Part shown: piece after piece, positions 22,968 through 34,760 of the stretch
How positions within the stretch are numbered: position 1 is the first letter of the stretch
How the letters are laid out: each line of letters begins with the position of its first letter
NCBI RefSeq assembly: GCF_006345805.1
Contig: NW_021835134.1
Span: 1 to 42,801 of the forward strand
Source of the DNA: Octopus sinensis
Lineage: Eukaryota
Length of the DNA stretch: 42,801 nt
Reading direction: 5' to 3'
Notes under the pieces: model-generated
What the model saw: the letters and a program-made list of their open reading frames with translations, nothing else
Databases searched by the model: none
What the model was told of the DNA's origin: nothing
Program-made: the position numbers and the translations under genes

Positions 22968-23090
22968 ATATTCGAAACGTTAAACCCTCCTTCTTCCCTT
23001 CTTTCCTGAGCGTCGAATAATACTATATTTGTTCCACGTTCTCGCGTTGTTGTGTTTTTTTTGGTGTTTTCTTGTTTGGATTAACTCTAT
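22968..23090 (+). mobile_element. Penelope pLTR-like fragment with half a hammerhead
   Basis: TCGAAACGTTAAACC...GAGCGTCGAATAATAC...; related to 25110-25290 on the opposite strand; the CUGANGA half is missing. Confidence 0.45.
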
Positions 23091-23124
23091 ATACATATAT
23101 ATATATTAAGATGTATATATATCT

Positions 23125-23189
<65 letters not shown>

Positions 23190-23759
23190 TATCAATATAT
23201 ATATATACGTCCATTCTCTATGCTGGCATGGGTTGAACAAATATAAATAATATAAATGTGTGTGTGTGTATGCTACATACGTATATATATAATGTATATA
23301 TATATATAGATATATATTACATGAATATATAATGAATAAACATTTCCATGTGTTACGATGGAGGCGACAGTTGTCTGTTCGGTTCCGCTAGGTATGTTGG
23401 TTTTGTTTATTTTTGATATGTTCTGAATATGTTTCACTGATAAACAAAAGATGTAGATAATACGTTAATTGCGAAATCACAGGTGATCTGGAACTAAATT
23501 CTGTTTCTAAATGCCTTGCTTCGAGAGCTGTACTCGGTACGATTCGTTTATTTTAGGTAGTAATGACTTTGAAAGTCCCTCCTAGCGTGTGGCAATTATG
23601 TGTAATAATGCCCTCTATACAATATAAACAAATATTTTCAAGTGAAAAATTTTTCAGATTTTTTCCCTTATGAGGTTTTTCACGCTAACTACCTGATAAT
23701 TTCTTGTTAAGATTTCTTATTAAGATTTTATCCTTAATTGTTTTATATATATATATATA

Positions 23760-24165
23760 TAAACTTAGATAAACTTAGATATGTTTCGATTAAAGATTGT
23801 CCAGGCCATGTCTAACTTGATAGCACCACCTGATATGATTATCTAAATCCTGTTTAAGTCAAGTTTTGTGTGTGATCCATTCAAGTAGCGAGTTTTTGTT
23901 GGGTGAGTTGTATCCAATTATGGGTGGCTTATCGGGTATTCCTTGAAGGAATCTATCCAGACTCCGTTTAAAGTTGATGGGATCCTTTCCCTCTTTGATC
24001 TCTTTCGGGACAATGTTGAGGAAAAGAAATTATGTTGCAGTGTACATATATACTGTGATCCTGAATTGGGTAGGGGACGTATGACCCATGGTCCCAGTCT
24101 TGGATGAGCCTTGAAGCTAATGTTCAGGTCGTTTGGTCAAAGTTGACGGTATATTCTCCACATCG
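23760..24165 (-). mobile_element. 5'-truncated CR1-clade LINE 3' end
   Basis: MWRIYRQL*PNDLNISFKAHPRLG...NIVPKEIKE..INFKRSLDRFLQGIPDKPPIIGYNSPNKNSLLEWI-stop, short 3' UTR, tandem tail (ATCTAAGTTT)x2. Confidence 0.8.
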
Positions 24166-24665
24166 TATATATACGTATGTAGTATACACACACTCGCACA
24201 CATTTATATTATTTATATTTGTTCAACCCATGCCAGCATAGAGAGTGGAGGTTAAATGCTGCTTCTGCTGATGATGATAACTGATATATCATATCGTCAG
24301 AAATAAATTATGAGTAATCAACAAAATATAATAAAAACAAACTACGTCCAACTCTTCTATTTATTTATACATTCATTTGGAATTTATATAAATTTTGCCT
24401 CTTGAAATCCTAATCTAAATGTTTGTTTGAAATTGTCCGTTGTTCCCGTTTCAAGTGGGTCCATATCATATGACACAGACAATGGTAGTTTACAGTAGTT
24501 ACAATTGGGATGTATTGAGTCGTATTAAGCTTTAAAAATCTCCCAAAACAAGTGTTGTTCTGATATAAGTGGAGTCACTGTTCTCGACAATCCTTCATAG
24601 CGACATCTCAGCTGAAGGTCAGAGATAGGTTGGTAGCAATAAATTACATATGTAGGTGTGTTATA

Positions 24666-24766
<101 letters not shown>

Positions 24767-25109
24767 CTATATATACTCACACACACATCCCACATACGTT
24801 ATATATGTATATATATATATCGTTGCTATTATGCTAAATTGTCATATGTCCAAATTAGGCCAAATGCATTTTTTTTCAATATTTATTTTTGCTTGCAATA
24901 GCCGGTTCTTTTGGTCAAACTATCATATATCCAGCTGCTTCAGATGCCAAGATATCAAATATTGTCAAAATGTAGTACAATGGTTTTAGCTATAGAATGG
25001 TGAAACTATTTTTCCTTCTCTTAAAAAGAGCGTTTTAGACTTACGACACTTGCATAATAGCAACGATATACATGCATACACACAGACAGATACACACACA
25101 CACACATAT

Positions 25110-25290
25110 ATAGTGAGAATTTACAAAAAAAAACAACAAAAGACGAAGACTGGTGAGTACAAAACAAACAAAAGTATTAGTTTAACGCTCGGGAAGTGAG
25201 AAAGTCTTTTACGTTTCAAGCCTACACTCTTCAACAGAAAGGAACACAGAAATAAGCAGAGAGAGAAAATAGAAAAAGGTATAGTGGCTA
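25110..25290 (-). mobile_element. Penelope pLTR-like fragment carrying a minimal hammerhead motif (25206-25241)
   Basis: CUUU-CUGUUGA-A-GAG[loop]CUU-GAAAC-GUA-AAAG; A6U core variant; flanked by microsatellites. Confidence 0.55.
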
Positions 25291-25338
25291 TATGTATATG
25301 TACATATCTGTCTGTCAGTATATATATGTGCGTATGTG

Positions 25339-25448
<110 letters not shown>

Positions 25449-25459
25449 CGTCTTATCTT

Positions 25460-25700
25460 TTAATGTTTTACTTGTCGAACAAATCGACCCCAAGACTTTA
25501 TTATTTTTTTTTAAAGCCTTATACTTATTCTTTTGTTCTCCTTTGCTGTATTGCTATGTTACGGGGAAGTAAACATACCAACACCGGTAGGTCCAAGGCT
25601 TTAGGAAAAGACATTTGGCCAAGGTGTCACGCAGCGAGACTGAAGTAGGAACCATGCGGTAGGGACACATTCTTCTTACCTTTCAGCCACGTCTGCGCCC
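25460..25700 (-). mobile_element. Degraded SINE family A
   Basis: ACAAATCGACCCCAAG...CTTATTC...AAAAGACATTTGGCCAAGGTG...CAGCCACGTCTGCGCC. Confidence 0.65.
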
Positions 25701-25859
25701 ATGTGTGTGTGTGTGTGTGTGTATAAATATAAATATAAAGAGGAAAAGAGAGTGAGAGAATGTGTGTGAAAGAAATGTATACATATATGTTTGCATGTGT
25801 GTATGTATGGCAACATAGACTACAAACTACGGAGAACTGCATCTTCTGTAAACCATTTA

Positions 25860-27410
25860 TTCTTCGTAGAATCTGATGTAAGAAATCAACTCATTTGTTA
25901 ATTCCATTCACTCCGTGCCAAATAAATTAAGTGAACTTTTTAACAAATATATCTTTGCTTTTTTTTTTAATATGGCCTCGAAATGTTAAATTACATATAA
26001 ATTCACCGAAAAAATATAATCTTTTTTCGATTTAATTAATTTCCGTTTTTCGACATATTTCCACGGTTTTTCGTTTATAATGGTGATATCACTATCAGTG
26101 TCCCAATTGCATTTTAACATTTGTAGTTTTGATTTTCACCTTCACGAATTTCCTCATCGTTATATTACTAATTTCTTTTGATGGCATACTCTTTATTCTT
26201 TTTCCTTTGTTCTGATGTCTTGTTATCTTTGTTCTACTATGCATCTTTATGAGTCCTATATTTCCACAACGAAAGCACTCCGCTTTTTTAAATGGACAAT
26301 TTTTCCTCAGGTGTATAACATGCAAAACATAGGCTTATTTCCTGATCTTTAGAAAACACTTTATCTCTATTCTGACTGTTTCGCACTTGTTTTACTTGGA
26401 AACAATCTTTACGTTCAATTTCCTCTGTGTCGTGTCTTAATTTGACTATCCTTTCACATTCTTCCGATACTTGCTGTAGGGTTACATCCTGGTTATGTTC
26501 CAGCTTTGCAAGAATTCTAGTTCTAACTTCTGCGTCCTTTTCGGCAGTAAGTTCCTGTACAAAAATCAAGCATTTGAACATACTTAGCGTTAATTCGTCC
26601 AGCTTAAACTTCTCACATTCCCTGTTTACTCTACAAGCATATATGATGTTGTTCTCGTCGTTGTTTTTCTTTATGTTCAGACACTTCCAACGTGTGCTGA
26701 ACAATGATCTTTTTACACTGAAAATTTTACACATTGTATTTATCGTGTCATTAAAGTTTACGTCCGAAGGTCGTCTTGAGAGTACATAGTTGCTGTAACG
26801 CTCATGTTCTGTTGCCACCAGTTTTCTCAAGATTAAGCGCGTTTCATCTCATCGTCCCAATCTTTACATTCTTTCTCAAAGATTTGCTCATATCTTCTGT
26901 AATATGCCTCGAAGGTAACTCCTTCGCCAGATTCGTAATTGAAATCTGTTATCGAGTTCGCAACATAGGCTGACCAGAACATTTTTCTGACTTTCCTGAC
27001 GACTTCATTAATTGCAGCATTTGTTGTTGTAAAATTAATTGTTGTTGTACTTGCAATTGAATCTTCTGTTATCGTTGCTGTTTTTGCAACTCGGGCAAAC
27101 CGGCCAACAAATTTTCTATAATTTTCACGATTTTTTTTCGTATAATTCACACAGCAAAAACCTTGTGAGTTTGTTAACTCCTCGTGAGTTGTTTAAACCC
27201 TCGACGCCACGTTTATAGTCCTTGCAAATGTTAGATTGATATAACGCCCACTTCGGTATACAGTATACTTATTAAAACCAATAAAAACACGACTATCTCT
27301 GACTATCTACTACGTACTCCAGTACTTCACGTACTTCTCTTTACTCATAGTGACTAGGTTATTTCATTCGTCACGTGGGAGTGGTGTACCATTATTACTA
27401 ATTCTCTACA
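25860..27410 (-). mobile_element. Ty3/Gypsy LTR retrotransposon 5' remnant (LTR, PBS, gag, protease)
   Basis: Putative LTR 27410-27211 starting TGTAGAG; PBS-like TGGCGTCGAG (27209-27200); gag and protease remnants; no RT or integrase. Confidence 0.85.
25900..27010 (-). pseudogene. Gypsy gag plus aspartic protease pseudogene
   Basis: ANSITDFNYESGEGVTFEAYYRRYEQIF, LRKL...HERYSNYVL, SLFSTRWKCLN, FKCLIFVQEL, degenerate zinc knuckles CFAC/CFRCGNIG, protease MQL..SDITII, NLFGTEWM. Confidence 0.88.
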
Positions 27411-27469
27411 ACAATCGCAGACCAGACATAATTATACATGATACGAAATAGAGAGAATACCTCATAACT

Positions 27470-27970
27470 GACGTTGTTATTCCTTCAAACCAAAACATTA
27501 CAGACTAGGAATTAGAAAAGAGTTTGGAATATGCCGAATAAAAAGAATAGATATCAAAATGTGTCTGGATGCTCCACAGCAAAAGTGGAAGCTGTACTAA
27601 GCTGGAACATTGAATATACTTTTCCAAAAATTATACAACACTGAACGGTTGGGCATCAAGATTGATATGTGAGTTCTTCAAAAGTCTACCCTGTAATGGT
27701 TTAACAATTAACATGAAGTAATTAAAACAGCGAAAGTCAGCATATTATATGCGAAATGTGCAATGAAAGAAAAAAACAATTATTATTCCTGAAGTGTAGT
27801 AATTGGTGAGGCTGAAGAATACTGAAATTCAGAGTCGCATTGTTGACCCGCTGAAAAGTGCCATTCCGTATTTTGCAAGAATCGTAAGAGAGTTTTTTTG
27901 ACTTCTGAGGAGACTTGTCACCAAATTTCAGGGCAATATTTCTGCTAAATATAAGAGAATGTAATAGCGT

Positions 27971-27975
<5 letters not shown>
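27470..27975 (+). mobile_element. Degraded R4/Dong-like 3' fragments
   Basis: ERLGIKIDM*VLQKSTL resembles the REL-endonuclease C-terminus; ends in (TAA)n. Confidence 0.4.
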
Positions 27976-28015
<40 letters not shown>

Positions 28016-28139
28016 TAGGAGAAGAAGAAGAAGAAGAAGAAGAAGAAGAAGAAGAAGAAGAAGAAGAAGAGAAGAAGAAGAAGAAGAGAAGAAGAAGAAG
28101 AAGAAGAAGAAGAAGAAGAAAGGAAGGAAGGAAGGAAGG
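27973..28139. repeat. (TAA)n-(GAA)n-(GGAA)n compound microsatellite
   Basis: Directly visible. Confidence 0.95.
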
Positions 28140-28845
28140 ATTACTATAGACGAATTAAATTAACACTGAAAACAGAGCTCATTGCGAAAAACAAATTAAC
28201 AGGTATCAACACTCTAGCCGTTCCATTTATAAGTTACAGCTTCAATATGCTTAACTGGACTCTAAATTAACTAATGAAAATAGACAGGAAAGTAGGAAAA
28301 ATAATGACAGGATTCAGGATGCACCACCCAAAATCTGACATAGAAAGGTTATACATACAACGTATGGAAGATGGTAGAGGCCTTATGCAGCTAGAAAACT
28401 ATTACACCATAGGACTATGATTTTCAGACGGATCGTGTAAGCGAACACCGTCGGCCGGATATTGTCGTATTGAATAAGAGAATCAAATATTGTCAGATCA
28501 TTGATGTAGCCATACTAAATGACAGGAATGTTGTGAATAAAGAGGATAAAAAAATCACCAAGTACTCCGAATTGAAAGTGGAAAAGGCAAGACTATGGAA
28601 TGCGAGAGGGTAATGTAAAGGTGATACCAGTGGTGATCGGAACGTTGGGATCAATCTCATTGAAGCTTCAAGACTTCTTAAGGCAACTGGAAATCAAATG
28701 CAAGATTGATGTCTTGCAAAAAGCAGCCTTATTGGGCACAGCACACATTTTAAGGAAAGTATTATCTGTCCGAGGTCCTTGTTGTGACTTGACAGATGTC
28801 TAAAGACTCCGGTGCATTTTTACCTATACTGCGTTACGAAGGAAT
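28140..28845 (+). mobile_element. R4/Dong-like non-LTR retrotransposon fragment (RT C-terminus plus REL endonuclease)
   Basis: YYRRIKL.LKTEL.AKNK..GINTLAVP.ISYSF, MHHPKSDIERLY...GRGL, HRRPDIVVL, IIDVAI, KYSELK, VIPVVIGTLG, LQKAALLGTAHILRKVL. Confidence 0.9.
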
Positions 28846-29082
28846 ACTACTACTACAAATAATAATGATATCAGCAGCAACAACAACAACAACAACAACA
28901 ATATATTAGCATTATTAACCACAAGGGCGATGGATGAGTGGGTAAGATGAAGGTGAGGTAAGAATGTAAATAGAACTAAAAATAAAATGAGCAGTTTCAA
29001 CAAACTACTTTCGTTCTGCACTATTATAATCTCCATCTACATTCCTGGAATACCTTCATGTTCATTCATGGCAACTGACTTA

Positions 29083-29676
29083 CACACACACACACACGCA
29101 CGCACACACACACACACACGTACATATACACACGCACACGCACACACGCACACAAGTACATATACACACGCACACACACGAACACAAATATACGGACACA
29201 TCCTCTCTCTCTCTTAAACGCACACATTTACGATACTCTCACACACACACAAACACGTACACATGCACAAACACACACACACACTCAGACGCACACACAT
29301 ACACACACACGCACACACACGTCCTCTCTTTCTTATACGCACACATTTACGATACTCTCACGCACACACACAAACACGTACATACACTCACGCAGAAACA
29401 CACACACACACACAGACGCACACACACACACACACGCACGCACGCACACACACACACGGTCACTTCCTCTCTCTCTCTCTCTTACACGCATACATTTACG
29501 ATACTCACACTCATGCACACACGTACAACACGCGCATGCACATGCACACATACACACACACGCTCTCTCTCTCACACACACAAATTTACGATATTCGCTT
29601 CATCTATATATGCATATTTATACACATACACACATACATAAAAAGCGTACACACACGCTCACGCATTTACACACAC

Positions 29677-29729
<53 letters not shown>

Positions 29730-29737
29730 CCACACAC
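29083..29737. repeat. (CA)n field with a higher-order unit of about 120 bp
   Basis: ATTTACGATA marker recurs four times (near 29226, 29345, 29494, 29584). Confidence 0.9.
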
Positions 29738-29894
29738 GTCAGAGTTAAGTGAAGTGTGTTTCAGAGAAGACTTGTGTTACGGAATCTAAAGATGGCGATG
29801 ATATCAACTTCACATATTTTAGTTCAACGTAATTAAAACTGAAATACAAAGAGGTTTGTTAGTGAGAAGGAAGAGTACGTCAAGTTTTACATGG

Positions 29895-30353
29895 GCGTGT
29901 GTGTGTGTGTTGTGTGTGTGTGTGTGTGGTGTGTGTGGTGTATGTGTGTCGAGTGTGTGTCTTGTGTGTGTGTGGTGTGTGTGTGTGTGTCTTGTGTGTG
30001 TGTGTGGTGTGTGTGTGTGTGTTTGGTATTTGTGGTGTGTATGTGGTGTGTGTGTGGTGTATGTGTGCGTGTGGTGTGTGTCATGTGTGTGGTGTGTGTG
30101 TCATGTGTGCGTGTGGTGTGTGTGTGGTATATGTGTGGTGTGTGTGTCGTGTTTATGTGTGGTGTGTGTGTATGTATGTTTCTGCGTATGTGTGTTGTGT
30201 GTGTGTATGTGTGTGTATGTCATGTGTCTAGTGTGTGTGTGTGTGTGTTTGCATGTGTCTGTTTGTGCGTGTGTGTGTATATGTGTGCCTGTGTGTGCAT
30301 CATATATTAGTGTATAATGTATTGTATACTTGTTACCTGAATGAAATTGTGCT

Positions 30354-30385
<32 letters not shown>
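29895..30385. repeat. (TG)n cryptic microsatellite field
   Basis: Directly visible. Confidence 0.95.
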
Positions 30386-30386
<1 letters not shown>

Positions 30387-30444
30387 TATTGCTTTTGATT
30401 TATGTAATGTGTAAATATTCAGATGATTGCTCAATAATCTTCAT

Positions 30445-30705
30445 GGCTGTTTGTTTAAGAAGCTTGCGTTGCAGCCACGTGGTTTCCAGTTAAATCCCAC
30501 TGCGCGGCATCCAGGGTAAGTGTTTTCTACTTTAGCCCCGGGCCAAACACTGCCCTTGGAGTGAATTTAGTAGATCAAAACTGTGGAAGCCCGTTGCACA
30601 CATACACTCACACACACGCACACATGTATATATATGTGTGTGTCTTTGTGTCAGTCCCCACTCACCACTTGACAACCGGTGTTGGTATGATTACGTCCAC
30701 GTTCC
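30445..30705 (+). mobile_element. Degraded SINE family A
   Basis: TAAGAAGCTTGC...CCCACTGCGCGGCATCCAGGGTAAGTG...GAAGCCCG...CTTGACAACCGGTGTTGG. Confidence 0.7.
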
Positions 30706-30709
30706 TTGG

Positions 30710-31100
30710 CGATGCCAGATGAAGCAATTCAATGCCGCGTCAAACATGGATGCAGTCGTTTAACAGGAACAAATAATGGACGAAAGATAAAAGACAGCGG
30801 AACATATTAAGCGACCTGAAGTTCTTGCCTTCCATCAGTTGCAGGATGTCTGTAAAAGGCCATGTTTAATGCCGTCCCCGCACTTGATTAAAACAAGGAA
30901 GCATTGGTGTTTGGCAATCAAGTTGTCAGTGATCAAATAGGTCGATGGTCAAAGACAGTCCTGCACACTTTTGTCATCCTTAACGTTCCTTGGGCAACTC
31001 CGTGCGGTGAGTTATTGCTTCAGACGGTAGGACATGATGTGGGTGGGGTGGAAAACGGTGGTTTTGATATCCTCAACAGAATAGGCGCAATCGGTGGCGC
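30710..31100 (+). mobile_element. Possible very old RTE-type LINE C-terminal fragment
   Basis: EHIKRPEVL, IKTRKHW and FGNQVVSDQIGRWSKTVL loosely resemble DHITNEEVL...RWFGHV.R...RW.K.VL. Confidence 0.3.
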
Positions 31101-31124
31101 ATGATTGCGAGCTAGTGTTTTGTA

Positions 31125-31720
31125 CCAACCCCAATTTCGGTCCTCCTAATACTTATTTCTTTATTACCCACAAGGGGCTAAACATAGAGGTGACAAACAA
31201 GGACAGGCATAGGTATTAAGTCGATTACATCGACCCTAGTGCGTAACTGGTACTTTTATTTATCGACCCCGAAAGGATGAAAGGCAAAGTCGACCTCGCC
31301 GGAATTTGAACTCACAACGTAACGGCAGTCGAATTACCGCTAAGCATTTCGCCCGACGTGCTAACGTTTCTGCCAGCTCGCCGCCTTAAACATAATACCG
31401 TAGATTGTAATCCCATAGATTACCATGTATGGGGTACTGCTGATGAAGACACCAACTGCGCAGCCTTTACACTGAGGCCGAGCTGGTGGCCAAGATGACG
31501 GTGTTCGAAAATCTTCCTAGGGACATAGTGAAGAATGCATGCGCCACGTTCCACAGCCCTCCTGAGATCGCAATGGAAGCTAAGGGCGACTACTTTGAGT
31601 AAGCTATTATCTCCCAGTTATATTCTAGTTGATGTTTGTTTGTTTGTGCGGGCGCGTTTTTGCATGTAGTATGTTTCTCAAGAATATATCTATATTTTTA
31701 TATCTTTGCCAGTCAACCAG
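31125..31720 (+). pseudogene. DD37D/maT-like transposase C-terminal remnant, split by a SINE
   Basis: PPN|..DCNPIDYHVWG...ELVAKM..FENLPRDIVKNACATF...MEAKGDYFE-stop (the third catalytic residue is D). Confidence 0.75.
31153..31392 (-). mobile_element. SINE family B, full length, with TSD
   Basis: Head GGCGGCGAGCTGGCAGAAACGTTAGCACG; TAATAC duplicated at 31147-31152 and 31393-31398. Confidence 0.92.
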
Positions 31721-31844
31721 AAACTGATAAGGTTCTTTTAAGATAAGGCAGCCATGGGGTCTGAATTGGTTAATGTGTGCATATATGTGTATGTGCGTAT
31801 AAACGTGCACTCGGATAGTGTGCGTGCGTGTGTGTGTATCTGTA

Positions 31845-32268
31845 TTCTCTTTCTCTTTACTCTTTAACTTGTTTCAGTCATTTGACTGCGGCCATGCTGG
31901 AGCACCGCCTTTAATCGAGCAACTCGACCCCGGGACTTATTGTTTTTGAAAGCCAAGTATTTATTCTATCGGTCTCTTTTTGCCGAACCGCTAAGTAACG
32001 GGGACATAAACACACCAGCATCGGTTGTCAAGCAATGCTAGGGGGATAAACACAGACGCACAAACACACACATGCATATATATATATATATATACATATA
32101 TACGACGGGCTTCTTTCAGTTTCCGTCTACCAAATCCACTCACAAGGCTTTGGTCGGCCCGAGGCTATAGTAGAAGACACTTGCCCGAGGTACCACGCAG
32201 TGGGACTGAACCCGAGACCATGTGGTTGGTAAACAAGCTACTTACCACACAGCCACTCCTGCGCCTAT
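31845..32268 (-). mobile_element. SINE family A, full length
   Basis: Highly similar to 15327-15728 end to end. Confidence 0.93.
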
Positions 32269-32837
32269 GTGCGCATTCCATATCTATATGCGATTGTATG
32301 CACGCGATCAGCCCAAGAACCCCAAATGGTCAATCCTTGGAGTGTTTTACAAGTTTTTCATTGTACCACTCATCGATTCTATTTGCAGAATTGGCGAATG
32401 TGAATCGTTCTGCTTTGTTCTTTGTTGTGAACTCAGGCATTTTTTGGTCTTTTGTGGAAATCTGCTCTTTTATAGCCGGGTGAAACTTTGATAGTAGGTA
32501 CATGAAAATCAATAGTCTCGATATAAGAGTTGTTAGTTTCTAATTAGCTTTCTATAGATATTCTTCTTTTTGTCAGTTTTTGACGAGACAGTCACGTTGC
32601 TCGGGCACCTGATCTCTACAGCAGTGTATATATGTCATTGTTCAGTTTTATTTCAAGATTTCTTGCCAATAGAGAAAGAGCCGGTTTCTAATCTAGATTC
32701 AAGGCCCCTTCATTGGAATTTCAAAATCAACAACAGGCTTTGTATGTATGTATGTATGTATGTATGTATGTATGTATGTATGATGTATGTATGTATGTGT
32801 GTGTGTGTGTGTATGTATGTGCAGAATTGTATACAAA

Positions 32838-32925
32838 CAATAAGTCCTGGGGTCGATTCGTTCGACTAAAGGCGGTACTCCAGTGTGGCGGCAGTCAGCA
32901 TGACTGAAACAAGTAGAAGAGGAAA
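32838..32925 (+). mobile_element. SINE family A 3' tail
   Basis: ATAAGTCCTGGGGTCGATTCGTTCGACTAAAGGCGG...ATGACTGAAACAAGTA. Confidence 0.8.
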
Positions 32926-32994
32926 AGAGTAACCCGAGTTCAGTCATCCTTTACAGCGTGTTCTGTTACTCCAATAATAATAATAATAATAATA

Positions 32995-33058
<64 letters not shown>

Positions 33059-33059
33059 A

Positions 33060-33672
33060 ATGGAGAAAATGGGGAAACAGTATGGCATATTACCAGCCAA
33101 TGTACGCCACTAGTCCAGAACGAATATAAGAGACGCCACGACAATATAGGCAGGCTTGTCCACTGGACACATTGCAACAAGTATGGACTTGACAGAGCAA
33201 AAAAATTGGGACGACCACAAACCCGAAAATAATAATGCAAAGATCCTATGGGATTTTATGATTCAGACCACCATGAGATAGAGAATAGGAAGCCAGACAT
33301 AGTCTTAATTGAGAAAGAAAACAAAATATGCTGGATCATAGATATAGCATGCCCAGCTGACAACAAGGTATGCGATAAGGAAGAAAGAAAAGTTGAGAGA
33401 TATGACAGGTTAAGCAGTTGTGGTCGATGGAAAGGTAGCAGTAGTACCAATGATTGTCGGAGCCCTTGGAACAGTCAGCAAAAATCTCGAGAACTACGTG
33501 AAATAAATAGGGGATGCAATAAGGGTGGAGCACTTGCAGAAAACAGCACTGCTTGGAACCGCTCGAATACTCCGGATGGTGCTCGAAAAATAAAAGGTGT
33601 TACCTCAGTTCACTGGTAGTGAACAGCTGATACTGTAGTACATCTCAAGTGTTAGAAGCTGTGCAAAGGAAA
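33060..33672 (+). mobile_element. R4/Dong-like non-LTR retrotransposon 3' fragment
   Basis: ETVWHITSQCTPL.QNEYKRRHDN, KILWDF, NRKPDIVLI, IIDIACPAD, VPMIVGALGTV, LQKTALLGTARILRMVL; flanked by (TAA)n on both sides. Confidence 0.9.
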
Positions 33673-33674
33673 TG

Positions 33675-33738
<64 letters not shown>

Positions 33739-34205
33739 TAATAAATATGAAGCTGAAAGTATATCTTATGCCCTGGATTTGCAAACTGTCATCAACGGTC
33801 CATAGATGTCCCCCTTTTCCTGTACTCCATCCACATTGGTGGCCGGAAGGCAGCTAGTCTCCACAACAGGACGTTTATTCATACGGTCCCACACAACAAT
33901 ATTTAGTCTGTATGTTTTGACTTGCCTGTTGTAATTCTTTAAGTTTGACCAATATTCTTTTGACCCATCAATTTCAATATAGTTCCTTGTCTGTTAGTAA
34001 TTTCTTTAGTCTTCTGTTCCAGACTGTTCTTGCTACCGCATCATGCTTCACGGGAAGATATGTATGCATCCAAGTATGTATGTATGTATGTATGTATGTA
34101 TGTATGTATGTATGTATGTATGTATGTGTATGTATGTATGTATGTATGTATGTATGTATGTTGTATGTATGTATGTATGTATGTATGTATGTATGTATGT
34201 ATGTA

Positions 34206-34236
<31 letters not shown>

Positions 34237-34296
34237 ATGTATGTATGTATGTATGTATGTGTGTGTGTGTGTGTATGTATGTGTGTATGTATGTAA

Positions 34297-34760
34297 GGTC
34301 ACTCTCGAGTACAGCCTGTTGCATGGTCGGGTCGTCGGCGACTAAACCGGCAACCCCACCAAGCTTGCTTGGTGAGGAGGGTGTTTATTGGATTCCCTGC
34401 GGGATGAAAAACAAAACCCGTCAAAGGGCGGAGGAACTCTTGAGAGTCAACGGCCATTCAATAAATGTCTTAAGGCTGTATCATGCGCGGAGACATAGAA
34501 ATAATCGGACTGAATACCCGATCGCGCGGTCAAACCATTGGGAGTGAAGGACTCCTAGCCTTTGTTAGGGCATCCTTCTAGGAGAAGGTAACTCAGGTAA
34601 CTGGGATAACTCCGATATAAAACCTGTGGCTCAGTGATTACCGATGATGCACAGCCTTTCCTCACTTTAAAAAAAAATCTTCTTGCACAGGCATTGCACG
34701 ATATCAACATTGTTTAAGCTTCGCGCAATGGCCATACTCGATAACGAGGGGGCAGCCACC
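34297..34760 (+). mobile_element. Non-coding RTE-related (bipartite) retroposon with TSD
   Basis: ATGTATGTAA duplicated at 34287-34296 and 34761-34770; CTAGGAGAAGGTAACTC...AAAACC resembles RTE 5' regions and CTCGATAACGAGGGGGCAGCC resembles RTE/BovB-type 3' ends. Confidence 0.6.

Noticed and set aside
23345-23397. Possible micro-exon ending in the donor-like AG|GTATGT
   Set aside because: No convincing acceptor or reading frame; such motifs arise by chance.
27806-27845. CTGAAGA...GAAATTCAGAGTC hammerhead-like string
   Set aside because: Only 5 nt between the core halves (no stem II) and no stem I pairing.
33750-34050. Possible RTE-type RT C-terminal fragment on the minus strand
   Set aside because: Similarity is too weak to call without a search.
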